64,000 bases of DNA. Origin: a virus (taxonomy: Duplodnaviria > Caudoviricetes). The notes under the pieces were generated by a model. That model saw nothing but the letters and a program-made list of their open reading frames with translations, had not been told where the DNA came from and searched no databases. Positions 37,183 to 46,297 of this stretch are shown here, piece after piece. The stretch lies in IMG/VR virus record IMGVR_UViG_3300006099_000007, positions 15,529-79,528 of that record. One strand, written 5' to 3'. Every line of letters starts with the position of its first letter. Positions within the stretch are counted from its first letter, which is position 1. Both the position numbers and the translations under genes were made by a program.

Positions 37183-38832
37183 ATGGAGGTACGCGATTAC
37201 ATTTCCCTGGCAGATAATCTGCGCACGGAACGCGCCGCTTTTGAAGGCGGCTGGGATGAAATGCGCCGTATTATCATGCCCAGGGCTACGGGCAACGCTT
37301 ATCCCGACCGCGTACCTGATCACAGCGGTGGATTGGAGCATAGCGACGTCGCCAATAACAGCCTGAAGAAGCTGGCATCCGCCCATTTGACTTATATTAC
37401 GCCTTTGGACAGGCGCTGGTTTACCTTGCGCCCGGTAGGTTTTAATAAGGATGGGAATCAGGCTTTGAATGATTGGTACAGCAAGGTTACGGAGGTGATG
37501 GAGCGGGAACTTGCCGTTTCCAATTTTTATTCAGTGATTCATGAGGTTTACCTTGATCGCTGCCTGACGGGAACCGGCTGCATGTTTGCCGAGATGAATA
37601 TTAACAGGCAGCTGATTTTCCGGCACATTCCCACGGGAACTTACGCTATCGCGGAGTCGGAGTCAGGGGATGTTGATACGCTGGTGCGCTGGTTCCGGCT
37701 GACGGCTCACCAGGCGGCGCAGAAGTGGAAGGAGGAGGCTCTGGGCCCAAAAGTGCGGAGAGCGCTCAAGGATGCCAGGAGACGCTATACGGATTCTTTC
37801 GAGTTTGTGCAATGCGTCCTGCCTAACCCGCAGGGCAAGCTGTTGTCCGACCATGTGCCGCCTGGCAAGAGAGCGTGGAAGGACGTCATTATTTCGTTGG
37901 ACGATAAGAAGATTGTGTTTGAGAGCGGTTTTTTCGAATTTCCGTTTCTGGTGACGCGCTTTCTGCGCTGGGGAGACAGCCCCTACGGGGTGGGACCGGC
38001 ATGGTTCGCGCGGCGCACGATCCGCATGGCTATCGACATGGAGAAGATTCTTTACACGCTGGGACAGACAAAGGCTTATCCGAGGCTTTTCCTGCTGGCA
38101 GAGCAGTATGGGGAGGTGGATTTGCGCGCCGGAGGCAGGACCGTCATTTCTCCGGAAGCGGCGGAACTTGGCTTGCCGCGCGAATGGGGCACACAAGGGG
38201 AGTATGATATCGGGCTGGAATACCTGCGGGGCCTGTACGCCAAGATTGAAGAGGCTTTTTACGTTCCCATGCTGGAAACCGTTTCCCGCATCGACCGCCA
38301 GATGACGGCTACGGAGGTGGCGGCCCGGGAAGCCGAGAAGGTGCTTGGGTTTACGCCTTCTTTTACGTTGTTTGTGAGCGATTTCAGGATGATGTGCCAG
38401 CGTATTATGGCCCTGTTGTACCGCGCCGGGAAACTTCCGGAGCCGGTTCAGGGCGTGTTTGAGGTCAACCGGCGGGGCGCTCCTACACGCCTGGCCGTCC
38501 CCCAGGTTCAGTTCATGGGCAAGATTGCCCAGGCGATTGCACGTACACAGACGGACGGCTTGATGACGGCTCTTGAGTCTATCGGCACTTTGTCGCAGAT
38601 GACCGGCCGACCGGAGCTGCTGGATATTGTGAATCTCAATAAGGCCGGGGAATTGATTTACGATTCCAAGGGCGCCCCGATGGAGTGCAAGGCGACAGAG
38701 GATGAGGTGAAGGAGAAGGAGACTGAAAGGAAGAATCAGCAGGAAGCGGCCATACAGGCAGCCATTGCCGAACAGTCCTCCGTGGCTAACAGGAATAATG
38801 CCCAGGCCCAGCAGGCTTTACAAACGACATGA
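37183..38832 (+). CDS. Portal (head-to-tail connector), T7/podovirus type
   Basis: RWFTL, GTGCMF, RFLRWGDSPYGVGP and MTATEVAAREAEK motifs. Confidence 0.9.
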   Translation: MEVRDYISLADNLRTERAAFEGGWDEMRRIIMPRATGNAYPDRVPDHSGGLEHSDVANNSLKKLASAHLTYITPLDRRWFTLRPVGFNKDGNQALNDWYSKVTEVMERELAVSNFYSVIHEVYLDRCLTGTGCMFAEMNINRQLIFRHIPTGTYAIAESESGDVDTLVRWFRLTAHQAAQKWKEEALGPKVRRALKDARRRYTDSFEFVQCVLPNPQGKLLSDHVPPGKRAWKDVIISLDDKKIVFESGFFEFPFLVTRFLRWGDSPYGVGPAWFARRTIRMAIDMEKILYTLGQTKAYPRLFLLAEQYGEVDLRAGGRTVISPEAAELGLPREWGTQGEYDIGLEYLRGLYAKIEEAFYVPMLETVSRIDRQMTATEVAAREAEKVLGFTPSFTLFVSDFRMMCQRIMALLYRAGKLPEPVQGVFEVNRRGAPTRLAVPQVQFMGKIAQAIARTQTDGLMTALESIGTLSQMTGRPELLDIVNLNKAGELIYDSKGAPMECKATEDEVKEKETERKNQQEAAIQAAIAEQSSVANRNNAQAQQALQTT

Positions 38833-39080
38833 AGACAGACCCCACCAATAAGTACGAACAGTACATGAAGCGCCGCAGAAGGATTTTCCGGGAAGCATTC
38901 AGGAATCCGGAAGTCCTGGAGGAGCTGAAGAGACATTTCCAGACCGATCTTCCCTGTTTCCAGGGGAAGGCCGGTTCTTACGACCCCCTTGACGCTATGC
39001 GTCGAGACGCCTACCGCGAGGTGGTTTTGTTCATCGAAGCGGTCATGGGCAATCATTACGAACCAGAAGAAGAGATATAG
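38829..39080 (+). CDS. Bbp19-like small protein
   Basis: IFREAF..VLEEL..RDAYREVVLFI after the portal. Confidence 0.6.
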   Translation: MKTDPTNKYEQYMKRRRRIFREAFRNPEVLEELKRHFQTDLPCFQGKAGSYDPLDAMRRDAYREVVLFIEAVMGNHYEPEEEI

Positions 39081-39090
39081 AAGAAGTACC

Positions 39091-39843
39091 ATGATTTTAT
39101 TTAAGTTGTACCATAACCGGTTTCTTTTTGAAGAGGCTCCGGAGAATGGAGGCGGTGGCGGAGGAGGTTCCGCCGCCCCTTCCGCTTCCGGACGTCCCAG
39201 CCTGGCTAATCCTGCACCGGAGCCGACTCCGGCGGATGATGAGCAGCCGAACCCTCCTCCCCCATCGGATCCGGGTTCTCCGCAGGGAGATCCGCCTTCC
39301 CAGGGGGATTACGTGTTGACGTTCGATGATACGTTTTCTGGAGACGAGACGCTGCAGCAGTTGCTGACCGAGACCGGCAAGGCCCACGGGCTTCCTGTCG
39401 AGGGGCTTTCCGCGTTTATCAAGGATATGGATGCGCGTCTGGCGGCCAAAGCGACCGAACAGAAGCAGGCGCAGGATGCCGCCATGGAAGAGGCCTGGAG
39501 ACAGCTGGATGGAGAGTGGGGCCGGGACAGCGACGCACGCCAGATGCGCGCCGTTCAAATGGCCGGGAGGTTGTGCCGCATGGCCGGTATCGACCAGAGC
39601 GTGTTTAATGAGATGGGCATTGCCGATCATCCGGCCATGTACAGGATTCTGGATGCAGTAGGCCGGATTCTGGACGAGCCGGCTCTTCCGGCGCCTCCCG
39701 GACGGCAGGAACAGCAGGCCCGCGGCGAAGCCCGGCGCATGATGCACGATCCGGAACACCCGGATTATTCGGCATTCCACGATTGCGACCATCCGCGTTT
39801 TGCCGAGGTGAGGGCCAAGTATATGCGACTGATGGGTGCGTAA
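39091..39843 (+). CDS. Capsid scaffolding-like protein
   Basis: Acidic/Pro-rich N-terminus, EWG motif, DHP motifs. Confidence 0.65.
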   Translation: MILFKLYHNRFLFEEAPENGGGGGGGSAAPSASGRPSLANPAPEPTPADDEQPNPPPPSDPGSPQGDPPSQGDYVLTFDDTFSGDETLQQLLTETGKAHGLPVEGLSAFIKDMDARLAAKATEQKQAQDAAMEEAWRQLDGEWGRDSDARQMRAVQMAGRLCRMAGIDQSVFNEMGIADHPAMYRILDAVGRILDEPALPAPPGRQEQQARGEARRMMHDPEHPDYSAFHDCDHPRFAEVRAKYMRLMGA

Positions 39844-39862
39844 GCAGATATTGCTTTTCCAG

Positions 39863-39899
39863 CAAGCCCTGTTTCCTTTTTGGGAGCAGGGCTTTTTTA
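39863..39899. terminator. Terminator between scaffold gene and convergent integrase
   Basis: AAGCCCTG/CAGGGCTT stem plus T-tract. Confidence 0.7.
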
Positions 39900-41036
39900 A
39901 GGAAGAAGTTCCGGTAGGGATTCCGCAGCGGAGCGCAGCTGATCCACGGAGGGGCGGATGTACACGCTATGCACGGCGGAAGAGTCATGCCCCACCAGCT
40001 CCATGGCCAGCCCCTGCGATACGCCTGATGCCTGCAACAACGTGGCCGCCGTGGCCCGAATGCTGTGGAAGGACTTGCTGTTCATCCTCCTTCTGCGGCC
40101 GCCGGCCGCTCCATGCACCACGCCGATGCCATGGGTGCGCAACAGGAGGCCGAATTGATAGGACGCGCCATCCCCCAGGGCCAGCAGGGGCGCGTGAAGT
40201 AGTTCATCCGCCGGTTCCCCCGCTTCCTTCCAGCGGGCAAGCGCCCATTGGTAAAAGCCTTCTCTCATGGGCTGGTCCATCCAGCGCCCCGTTTTGCCCG
40301 TGTCAAAGCGCACGATGCGGCGTTCCCAGTCAAACTGATTCCAGTTGAGGCGCAGAATATCCCCCAGCCGCTGGCCGTAGGTTTCAAACGAGCAGCGTAC
40401 CGCGGAACTCCACAGGGGCGGGAAATGCTCAATCATGTAGCGGATCTCGTCGAGTGTGAAGGCTTCCTTGTGCAGCTTTTCCCCGGCACGGTCCGGGGGA
40501 ATGGAAACGCCGGCGCACGGATTGCGGTCAATTACTTCTGAATCCACGGCATCCGCGAATGCCTGGGAAAGAACGGACATATCCTTGTACACAGTCTTTT
40601 GCCGCACCAGTTCGCGGCGAGCCGCCACAAAGCCTTTGATGTCCGCCTTGGTGATCAGGCGAAGGGGGGCGTTCGCCCGCGCCCCCAGATACTCGTAAAA
40701 ATGCTTGCAGGCGGTTCTGGCATTGTAGGCCGTCTGTTCGGAGACAAGAGCCGCCTTGCGCCCAACAAATCCGTCACACCAAGTCCGCACGGAAACATTG
40801 TTGTGCACCTGGTATTCTTCCGCTTCCGCGCAGGCTATCTGCACGCCCCGCTGGTAGGCGATACGTTCCGCCAGCTTGGCCGTGATGCGGTCTCCCTCGA
40901 ACTCGCCGCCATTCACAGGAACTTTCGTGGAACGGCGCTTCATCTTGCCGTCCGGCCCCTGAAATGTCACCATCCAGTAGGGCGAGGATTTTTCCTTGTT
41001 GATGGACAGACGCCCCTTGTAAAAAGGTTTGCTCAT
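39897..41036 (-). CDS. int: Tyrosine integrase
   Basis: GQRLGD, KTG, SFHSIR, VGH and Y motifs; N-terminal SPYW arm-binding domain. Confidence 0.9.
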   Translation of the reverse strand: MSKPFYKGRLSINKEKSSPYWMVTFQGPDGKMKRRSTKVPVNGGEFEGDRITAKLAERIAYQRGVQIACAEAEEYQVHNNVSVRTWCDGFVGRKAALVSEQTAYNARTACKHFYEYLGARANAPLRLITKADIKGFVAARRELVRQKTVYKDMSVLSQAFADAVDSEVIDRNPCAGVSIPPDRAGEKLHKEAFTLDEIRYMIEHFPPLWSSAVRCSFETYGQRLGDILRLNWNQFDWERRIVRFDTGKTGRWMDQPMREGFYQWALARWKEAGEPADELLHAPLLALGDGASYQFGLLLRTHGIGVVHGAAGGRRRRMNSKSFHSIRATAATLLQASGVSQGLAMELVGHDSSAVHSVYIRPSVDQLRSAAESLPELLP

Positions 41037-41037
41037 A

Positions 41038-41232
41038 CCTGTAATATCTTCTGTAATGGTTTTGTAATAAGGTTCGCGTAAGAAAACCTACACGAACCTT
41101 ATTCATAATCCCCTACGTTATCAAGGTTTACGTAGGTTTTCTTACAGAAACTTTTGGCGGAGAGAGTGGGTGTTAAGTTTATTTCTATAAATAATTTGCT
41201 TCAATTTGTAACACTTCTGTAACGTCTGTATG
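41038..41232. repeat. Arm-type repeats (T/C)TGTAA(T/C) on both sides of the att core, plus a 23-bp inverted repeat
   Basis: Copies near 41038, 41049, 41061, 41205 and 41215; inverted repeat 41078-41100/41123-41145 (20/23 matched). Confidence 0.7.
41155..41170 (-). other. att core: 3' end of tRNA-Ser
   Basis: TGGCGGAGAGAGTGGG is the reverse complement of CCCACTCTCTCCGCCA; about 120 bp from the integrase start. Confidence 0.7.
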
Positions 41233-41271
41233 ACAGAGACAAGATGCCGAATTGGAGATTCTGCAACTGAA

Positions 41272-41289
41272 TTGACACTCGGCAACTTG
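41272..41289 (+). promoter_or_regulatory. Unit-2 late-gene motif TTGA(C/T)NNTCG(G/C)CAACTTG, copy 1
   Basis: Related copies at 42855 and 47929; each is 50-53 bp upstream of an ATG. Confidence 0.6.
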
Positions 41290-41321
41290 CAAATGTGCGG
41301 TTTCTGTCCCCTGATGGAAGC

Positions 41322-42290
41322 ATGCCAAGTAATTACACTTTACCCATCTCCGATCTTTATCAGGAGACTTACGATAACCAGTGGCAGGAGCAGGTTCAGC
41401 AGGCTACGTCCCGCCTGGAACGTTTCTGCGTGATCAAGTCCGGTTTGACGGGCAAGCTCCAGGAGTTCAGTTTTGTCGGTACTACGGAGCTGAATGAGAA
41501 GCAGGGCCGGATGCAGGATATTGTGTTGGACGAGCTTGATTATTTCAAGCGCCGGATGCTGCCGGTTAGTTTTTCGAAGCATTTGGGCTATGATGAGGAT
41601 GACGATATTTTCCTGCACGGCCTGGACGCTCCCGTGACGCAGACGATTAACGCGCTGAAGTACGCGGCTGCCCGCAAGATGGACGATGTTTTGTTCGGCC
41701 TGAAGAAGCAGGGAGGGGTATATGTGCCGTCCAAGGGCGGCATTTTCGGGACGGCGTTTGCCGGCAATGACGGCATGGAACAGCTGGAATTGCTGGAGGC
41801 TAATGTGGTGGCAGTCGATTATACCGGCGGCACGGCTAAGGATTGCCCGCTGACGATTGAGAAGCTGAACCGTGGTATTACGCTGCTGCAGGAGAACGGG
41901 ATTCTGGATGATGCTTCCAATGCCTACGGCGACCAGGTGTGCTGCGCGATTACTCCCCGCATGCGCGAGGCCCTGATTAATGACGAGCGTCTGCAGAAGG
42001 CGGATTTCGGTTTTTCCTCCCTGCGCAAGAGCAACGGCGCCCTGGATCCGATTATGGGGATTCAGTTTATCATTGCTCCCAATTTGCCGCTTGACGAGGA
42101 CGGGGATATCATTTGCCCGATGTGGATGAAGAATTCCCTGTATTTCGGTTCTTGGAAGCAGAATAAGGTGACGGTGGAGAAGCGCTCCGATAAGGAGGAC
42201 ACGATCCAGATCGGCCTTAAGACGATTATGGGAGCCACCCGCATGCGCGAAGAGGCGTTTGTGCAGATTAAGTGCAAGCAGCTTTCTTAA
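41322..42290 (+). CDS. Major capsid protein (podovirus-like)
   Basis: YDNQWQEQVQQ..SRL; RMREEAFVQI C-terminus. Confidence 0.85.
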   Translation: MPSNYTLPISDLYQETYDNQWQEQVQQATSRLERFCVIKSGLTGKLQEFSFVGTTELNEKQGRMQDIVLDELDYFKRRMLPVSFSKHLGYDEDDDIFLHGLDAPVTQTINALKYAAARKMDDVLFGLKKQGGVYVPSKGGIFGTAFAGNDGMEQLELLEANVVAVDYTGGTAKDCPLTIEKLNRGITLLQENGILDDASNAYGDQVCCAITPRMREALINDERLQKADFGFSSLRKSNGALDPIMGIQFIIAPNLPLDEDGDIICPMWMKNSLYFGSWKQNKVTVEKRSDKEDTIQIGLKTIMGATRMREEAFVQIKCKQLS

Positions 42291-42322
42291 TTAGGATAAC
42301 AACACATTTTATTTTATTGATT

Positions 42323-42778
42323 ATGGCAACGTATCAAACAGTTATTGCAGAGAAACAGCTTGCCCTTGCGGATCGGACCGGCCTGCCGACGGTGCCGCAG
42401 CTGGCGGCCATCCATACCGGCGCCGGGGTCCATGTGGCTACGGCGGAGTTCATCATGCCCGCGTCCCTGGCGGCCGATGACCTGATCGCCATTTGCAATG
42501 TTCCCTGTGGAGCCCGCGTGCTGCCGCAGCTTTCCCATGTCGTTTCCGAAGGCGTGGGGACGCTGCAGCTGACCGTGGGAACGAAGGAGGCGGCGGATGC
42601 TTTTTCCGCCTCCCTGACCGTGACCGCCGCCGGGACTTATCAGTTGACGAAGGGTTCCCAGGCGGTTTCCACGGGGCCGGTGGATGCTGTGACGATGGTT
42701 TACGCGAAGGTGGGCGGAACACCGGCGGTGACCGCCGGCAAGAAGCTTGTTTTTGCTATTGCTTACGGTATTCAGTAG
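42323..42778 (+). CDS. Capsid-associated/cement-like protein
   Basis: Beta-rich small gene after the capsid gene, followed by a terminator. Confidence 0.55.
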   Translation: MATYQTVIAEKQLALADRTGLPTVPQLAAIHTGAGVHVATAEFIMPASLAADDLIAICNVPCGARVLPQLSHVVSEGVGTLQLTVGTKEAADAFSASLTVTAAGTYQLTKGSQAVSTGPVDAVTMVYAKVGGTPAVTAGKKLVFAIAYGIQ

Positions 42779-42801
42779 TTTTTTTTCCGTCGGTTTGTCC
42801 A

Positions 42802-42833
42802 TAGGGCCGTCTCTGCATGGAGGCGGCCCTTTT
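42802..42833 (+). terminator. Intrinsic terminator
   Basis: AGGGCCGTCTC/GAGGCGGCCCT stem plus T-tract. Confidence 0.75.
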
Positions 42834-42854
42834 TGCTGTTCCGGAGAAGAAACG

Positions 42855-42872
42855 TTGATTTTCGCCAACTTG
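42855..42872 (+). promoter_or_regulatory. Unit-2 late-gene motif, copy 2
   Basis: TTGATTTTCGCCAACTTG upstream of tail tubular B. Confidence 0.65.
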
Positions 42873-42907
42873 CCCCGGTTGAACGCCCTGGGTTATGTTC
42901 AGGGGAA

Positions 42908-45900
42908 ATGAAGAGGATTTCCTTTAATGGAGGCGAGCTTTCGCCCGGGATTGCCGCGCGTCCGGATCTGGATGTTTATCATCGCGGGGCGTCCGTGCTG
43001 GAGAATGTGGATGTTTCCCAAACGGGGGGAGTTTCCCGGCGGCACGGGATGAGGAGGGTGGCCGCCGCTTTGGAGGGTTCCCTTCTTCTTCCCTATGTTT
43101 ATTCCACCAATGACCGTTTTCTTGTGGAGGTGGCTCCTTCTCTGCTGCGCGTGTTGTCCGTTGAGGGGGATGTGGTTGCCTCCCTGCCTTCCGTGTGGAC
43201 GGCGGCTGACGTTGCCGCCCTGCGCCACAAGCAGGTGAACAGCATGTTGTTTCTGGCCTGCCCTACGCATGAGCTGATGGTGCTGAGACGGGATGACGAG
43301 GGCATGTTTTCCCTGGCGCCCTATGAGTTTAAGGCCCGCCCCTGGCGGTATGAGGAGTTCCGGGATTTTCCGGTGCGCCTGACGCTGGATGAGGGGTGTT
43401 ACAGGGTGTCTTTCGGGGAGCATGCGTCCGATGCGGACGCGGCGGTGAATGAGGGGGATGTGATGCGCGTCCAGGTGACGGTGCCCCAGCAGACCGGGTT
43501 CAGCACGGGGGCCGTGATTCGCCAGGGCTGGGTGGTTGCCGGGGCGTTTACGGCGGCCAGCGCTTTCACGGCTGGGAAAAAGCTCTGCCTCAATGAGGGG
43601 AGTTATTGGTCCTGGTGGACGTGCGACAGGGATTTTAACGGGGCGGCGGATTTTGTGGACGGCCTGACGTCTCCGGCGGATTATCCGGAGCATTTTCATA
43701 AGGGCGTGATTTGCCATTCCAATACGATTACCTGCAAGGGGACATGGAAGTTTTGGTGCAGTAAGGAGTGGTACGGCACGTATGCCGTGGAGCGGCGTTT
43801 TCCCGATGAGGATTGGCAGCTGCTGGGGACGTCCACTTCCATGGTTGGCTCGGCTTCCAATTTGCAGATTACCGGGGACGAGAGCGAAGAGGAGTGCTAC
43901 CTGCGCCTGATGTTGTATGAGTCCCGGCTTTCCAGCGGTTCCGATCCCAGCCAGGGGTTTCCTCCGGACAGCTGCGGGAATAAGCTGGTGGTGGATGCTT
44001 ATAAGAAGGATGTGGTGCTGCGGCTGCGTTCCGGCTCCCGGCCTGCTTCCATACAGCGGTTTTCGGTTCCCGCCACGCCGGCGTTGCGGCATTTCCTGAC
44101 CTGTACGGCGTCTTCCATCCGGGCAAGCCGCGTGTGGGTGGATGAGGTGGAGGTTCCGGGGGCGTCCGCCGTGCTGACGCTGGGGCCCGACGGTGTTGAC
44201 GTGACGCCCAGGGGGCTGCCCGCGGATGCGCTGGAGGACGGGAAGACGGTCCGGTTTGCCTGGACGGAGCCGCGCAAATCCGGGGCCGTGACGCTGGACG
44301 CCCGCGGGATGAGGACGGATTTTTGGCCAGCCGGGGCGAGGTTTGACGTGAATGTGACGGGGAACGCCCTGACCGGAATGGGTGAGGGCGCGGTGGTTCG
44401 GTTGACGGCCTGGTCCGCCGGGGATGCGCAGTTTACGACGGTTTGGAAGAGCAGTGCGGATGTGTATACCGCGCCGGCCAGCGGGTTTTATACGGTTAAG
44501 GTTGTTCATGATAAGGGCAGTACGCTGGAGGCTGCCGAGTGTCAGGCGGAGTTTTCCGGGGTGGCTTCCGGGGTGGTGAAGCCGGAAGTCCGGGAGGAGA
44601 TGTCCGCGGCGGGGTTGTCCACCAGCGACGTGTTGAAGTTGACGCTGCCTTTGGAGGGCGATGCGTATGATTATTGCGTGTATGCCGGGTTGCCCGCAGT
44701 GAATGCCCTGGTGGTTGACGGGGAGCGTTTTTCCGGGGAGTGTCCGTTGTCCAGAGAGGGGCGGACGCTGACGGTGAGGCCCAGGGGGCTGACGACGGAT
44801 GATGTGGGCGCCGGGAGCATGGTGCGCCTGGAGTGGACGCAGGCGGCGGAGTCCGTCAATAAGAGCGGGAACGGGAATGCGGCCAGCATTTTCATGAGCC
44901 GTTTTTTAACGGCGGGTACGGTGGTGACGCTGCAGGGATGGAGGTCTGTCCAGTCGGGGATGGAGATTGTGCTGCCTTCCACGATCAAGGGGATGTCCGG
45001 CGGCAGGTATGCGGAGGTGTTCAGCGCGATGGAGGAGGCGTCTTACACGGTGCCGGAGGATGGTTTGTTTTTGATTAGCGTACAGGCATGGACGGAGAGT
45101 AATGTGAAGTTGCGTTCCCGGGTGCGGGTGGAGGTGCCGGCCTGCACGGCGTGGATGGAGGCGGAGGCTGCCGAGGTGACGGCTTCCGCGGAGTATTCTC
45201 TTTGGGATAATGTTTCCGCGGTTCCGGAGGGGGTTCCTCCGTCCGGGGAGTCGTTGATGTGGAGTTTCGCGGCGTTCCGGGGGGTGTACGGGTTTCCTTC
45301 CCTGGTGGATGTGTTTCAGCAGCGCCTGGTGTTGGCCGCTACGCAGGCCCAGCCGCAGACGGTGTGGTTGAGCAAGACGGATGACCTCAACAGTTTCGAG
45401 GTGGGGAAGCAGGATGATTCCGCGCTGGCTTTGACGTTGAGCACCACAACGCAGAACAGGATTTGCTGGCTGATGGCGCAGAGTTCCCAGCTGCTGCTGG
45501 GGACGGCGGACGCGGAGTGGACGGTGTCCGGGGGCCAGGGGGTGATGACTTACGCCAACGCGCGGGCGGACAGCCACGGGTTTGTGGGGTCTTCCGATGT
45601 GCCGGCCCTGATGGCGACCGATAAGGTGCTGTATGTGGAGAGGGGCGGCGGACGGGTGTATCAGTACGGGTATGATTATGAGAGCGACGGGTTTGTGTCC
45701 CGCGATTTGACGGTGTTCGCCGATCATGTGCTGGCCGGCGGCGGCGGGGTTACTTCCGGGGATTTTATGAGGAAGCCCCACCCGCGGGCGGTGATGACCC
45801 TGGCGGACGGCACGCTGGCGCTGATGACTTATAATAGCATGCACCAGGTGCATGCCTGGCACCGTCACAGGACGGAGGGGCGGATGTCCAACGCCGTGGT

Positions 45901-46297
45901 GCTGCCCAATGGGACCGGGGAGGATTTGCTGTTTGTGTCCGTGGAGCGTGAGGATGGGCGGTTTGTGGAGGTGTTTGATCCGGACGGCCCGTTTGTGGAT
46001 GCCGGCGCGTGGGATTTTACGTCCACGGTGGTGACGAATGCGCTGGATGTGGCGGAGTCCCTGGGCAGGGATAGACAGGCCGCGGCCGTGCGCGTGTTTT
46101 TTGCTTCCGATACGGCCCCGGCCGGTATTGAGGTGTCCAATGACGGGAGCGCCTGGGACCGGTTGAGCAAGACCAGGACGATGGAACGGGGATGGCATGA
46201 GGTGCTTCCGTCCGCCATGTGGAGGCGGGATGTGCGGTTTGGCATCCGGGTTTCCGGGGACCGCCCCCTTGAGTTTTTAGCTGTTGATACGCAATGA
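42908..46297 (+). CDS. Tail tubular protein B-like (nozzle), enlarged
   Basis: SFNGGELSP..RRHG N-terminus; GFPSLVDVFQQRLVLA..PQTVWLS motif. Confidence 0.85.
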   Translation: MKRISFNGGELSPGIAARPDLDVYHRGASVLENVDVSQTGGVSRRHGMRRVAAALEGSLLLPYVYSTNDRFLVEVAPSLLRVLSVEGDVVASLPSVWTAADVAALRHKQVNSMLFLACPTHELMVLRRDDEGMFSLAPYEFKARPWRYEEFRDFPVRLTLDEGCYRVSFGEHASDADAAVNEGDVMRVQVTVPQQTGFSTGAVIRQGWVVAGAFTAASAFTAGKKLCLNEGSYWSWWTCDRDFNGAADFVDGLTSPADYPEHFHKGVICHSNTITCKGTWKFWCSKEWYGTYAVERRFPDEDWQLLGTSTSMVGSASNLQITGDESEEECYLRLMLYESRLSSGSDPSQGFPPDSCGNKLVVDAYKKDVVLRLRSGSRPASIQRFSVPATPALRHFLTCTASSIRASRVWVDEVEVPGASAVLTLGPDGVDVTPRGLPADALEDGKTVRFAWTEPRKSGAVTLDARGMRTDFWPAGARFDVNVTGNALTGMGEGAVVRLTAWSAGDAQFTTVWKSSADVYTAPASGFYTVKVVHDKGSTLEAAECQAEFSGVASGVVKPEVREEMSAAGLSTSDVLKLTLPLEGDAYDYCVYAGLPAVNALVVDGERFSGECPLSREGRTLTVRPRGLTTDDVGAGSMVRLEWTQAAESVNKSGNGNAASIFMSRFLTAGTVVTLQGWRSVQSGMEIVLPSTIKGMSGGRYAEVFSAMEEASYTVPEDGLFLISVQAWTESNVKLRSRVRVEVPACTAWMEAEAAEVTASAEYSLWDNVSAVPEGVPPSGESLMWSFAAFRGVYGFPSLVDVFQQRLVLAATQAQPQTVWLSKTDDLNSFEVGKQDDSALALTLSTTTQNRICWLMAQSSQLLLGTADAEWTVSGGQGVMTYANARADSHGFVGSSDVPALMATDKVLYVERGGGRVYQYGYDYESDGFVSRDLTVFADHVLAGGGGVTSGDFMRKPHPRAVMTLADGTLALMTYNSMHQVHAWHRHRTEGRMSNAVVLPNGTGEDLLFVSVEREDGRFVEVFDPDGPFVDAGAWDFTSTVVTNALDVAESLGRDRQAAAVRVFFASDTAPAGIEVSNDGSAWDRLSKTRTMERGWHEVLPSAMWRRDVRFGIRVSGDRPLEFLAVDTQ

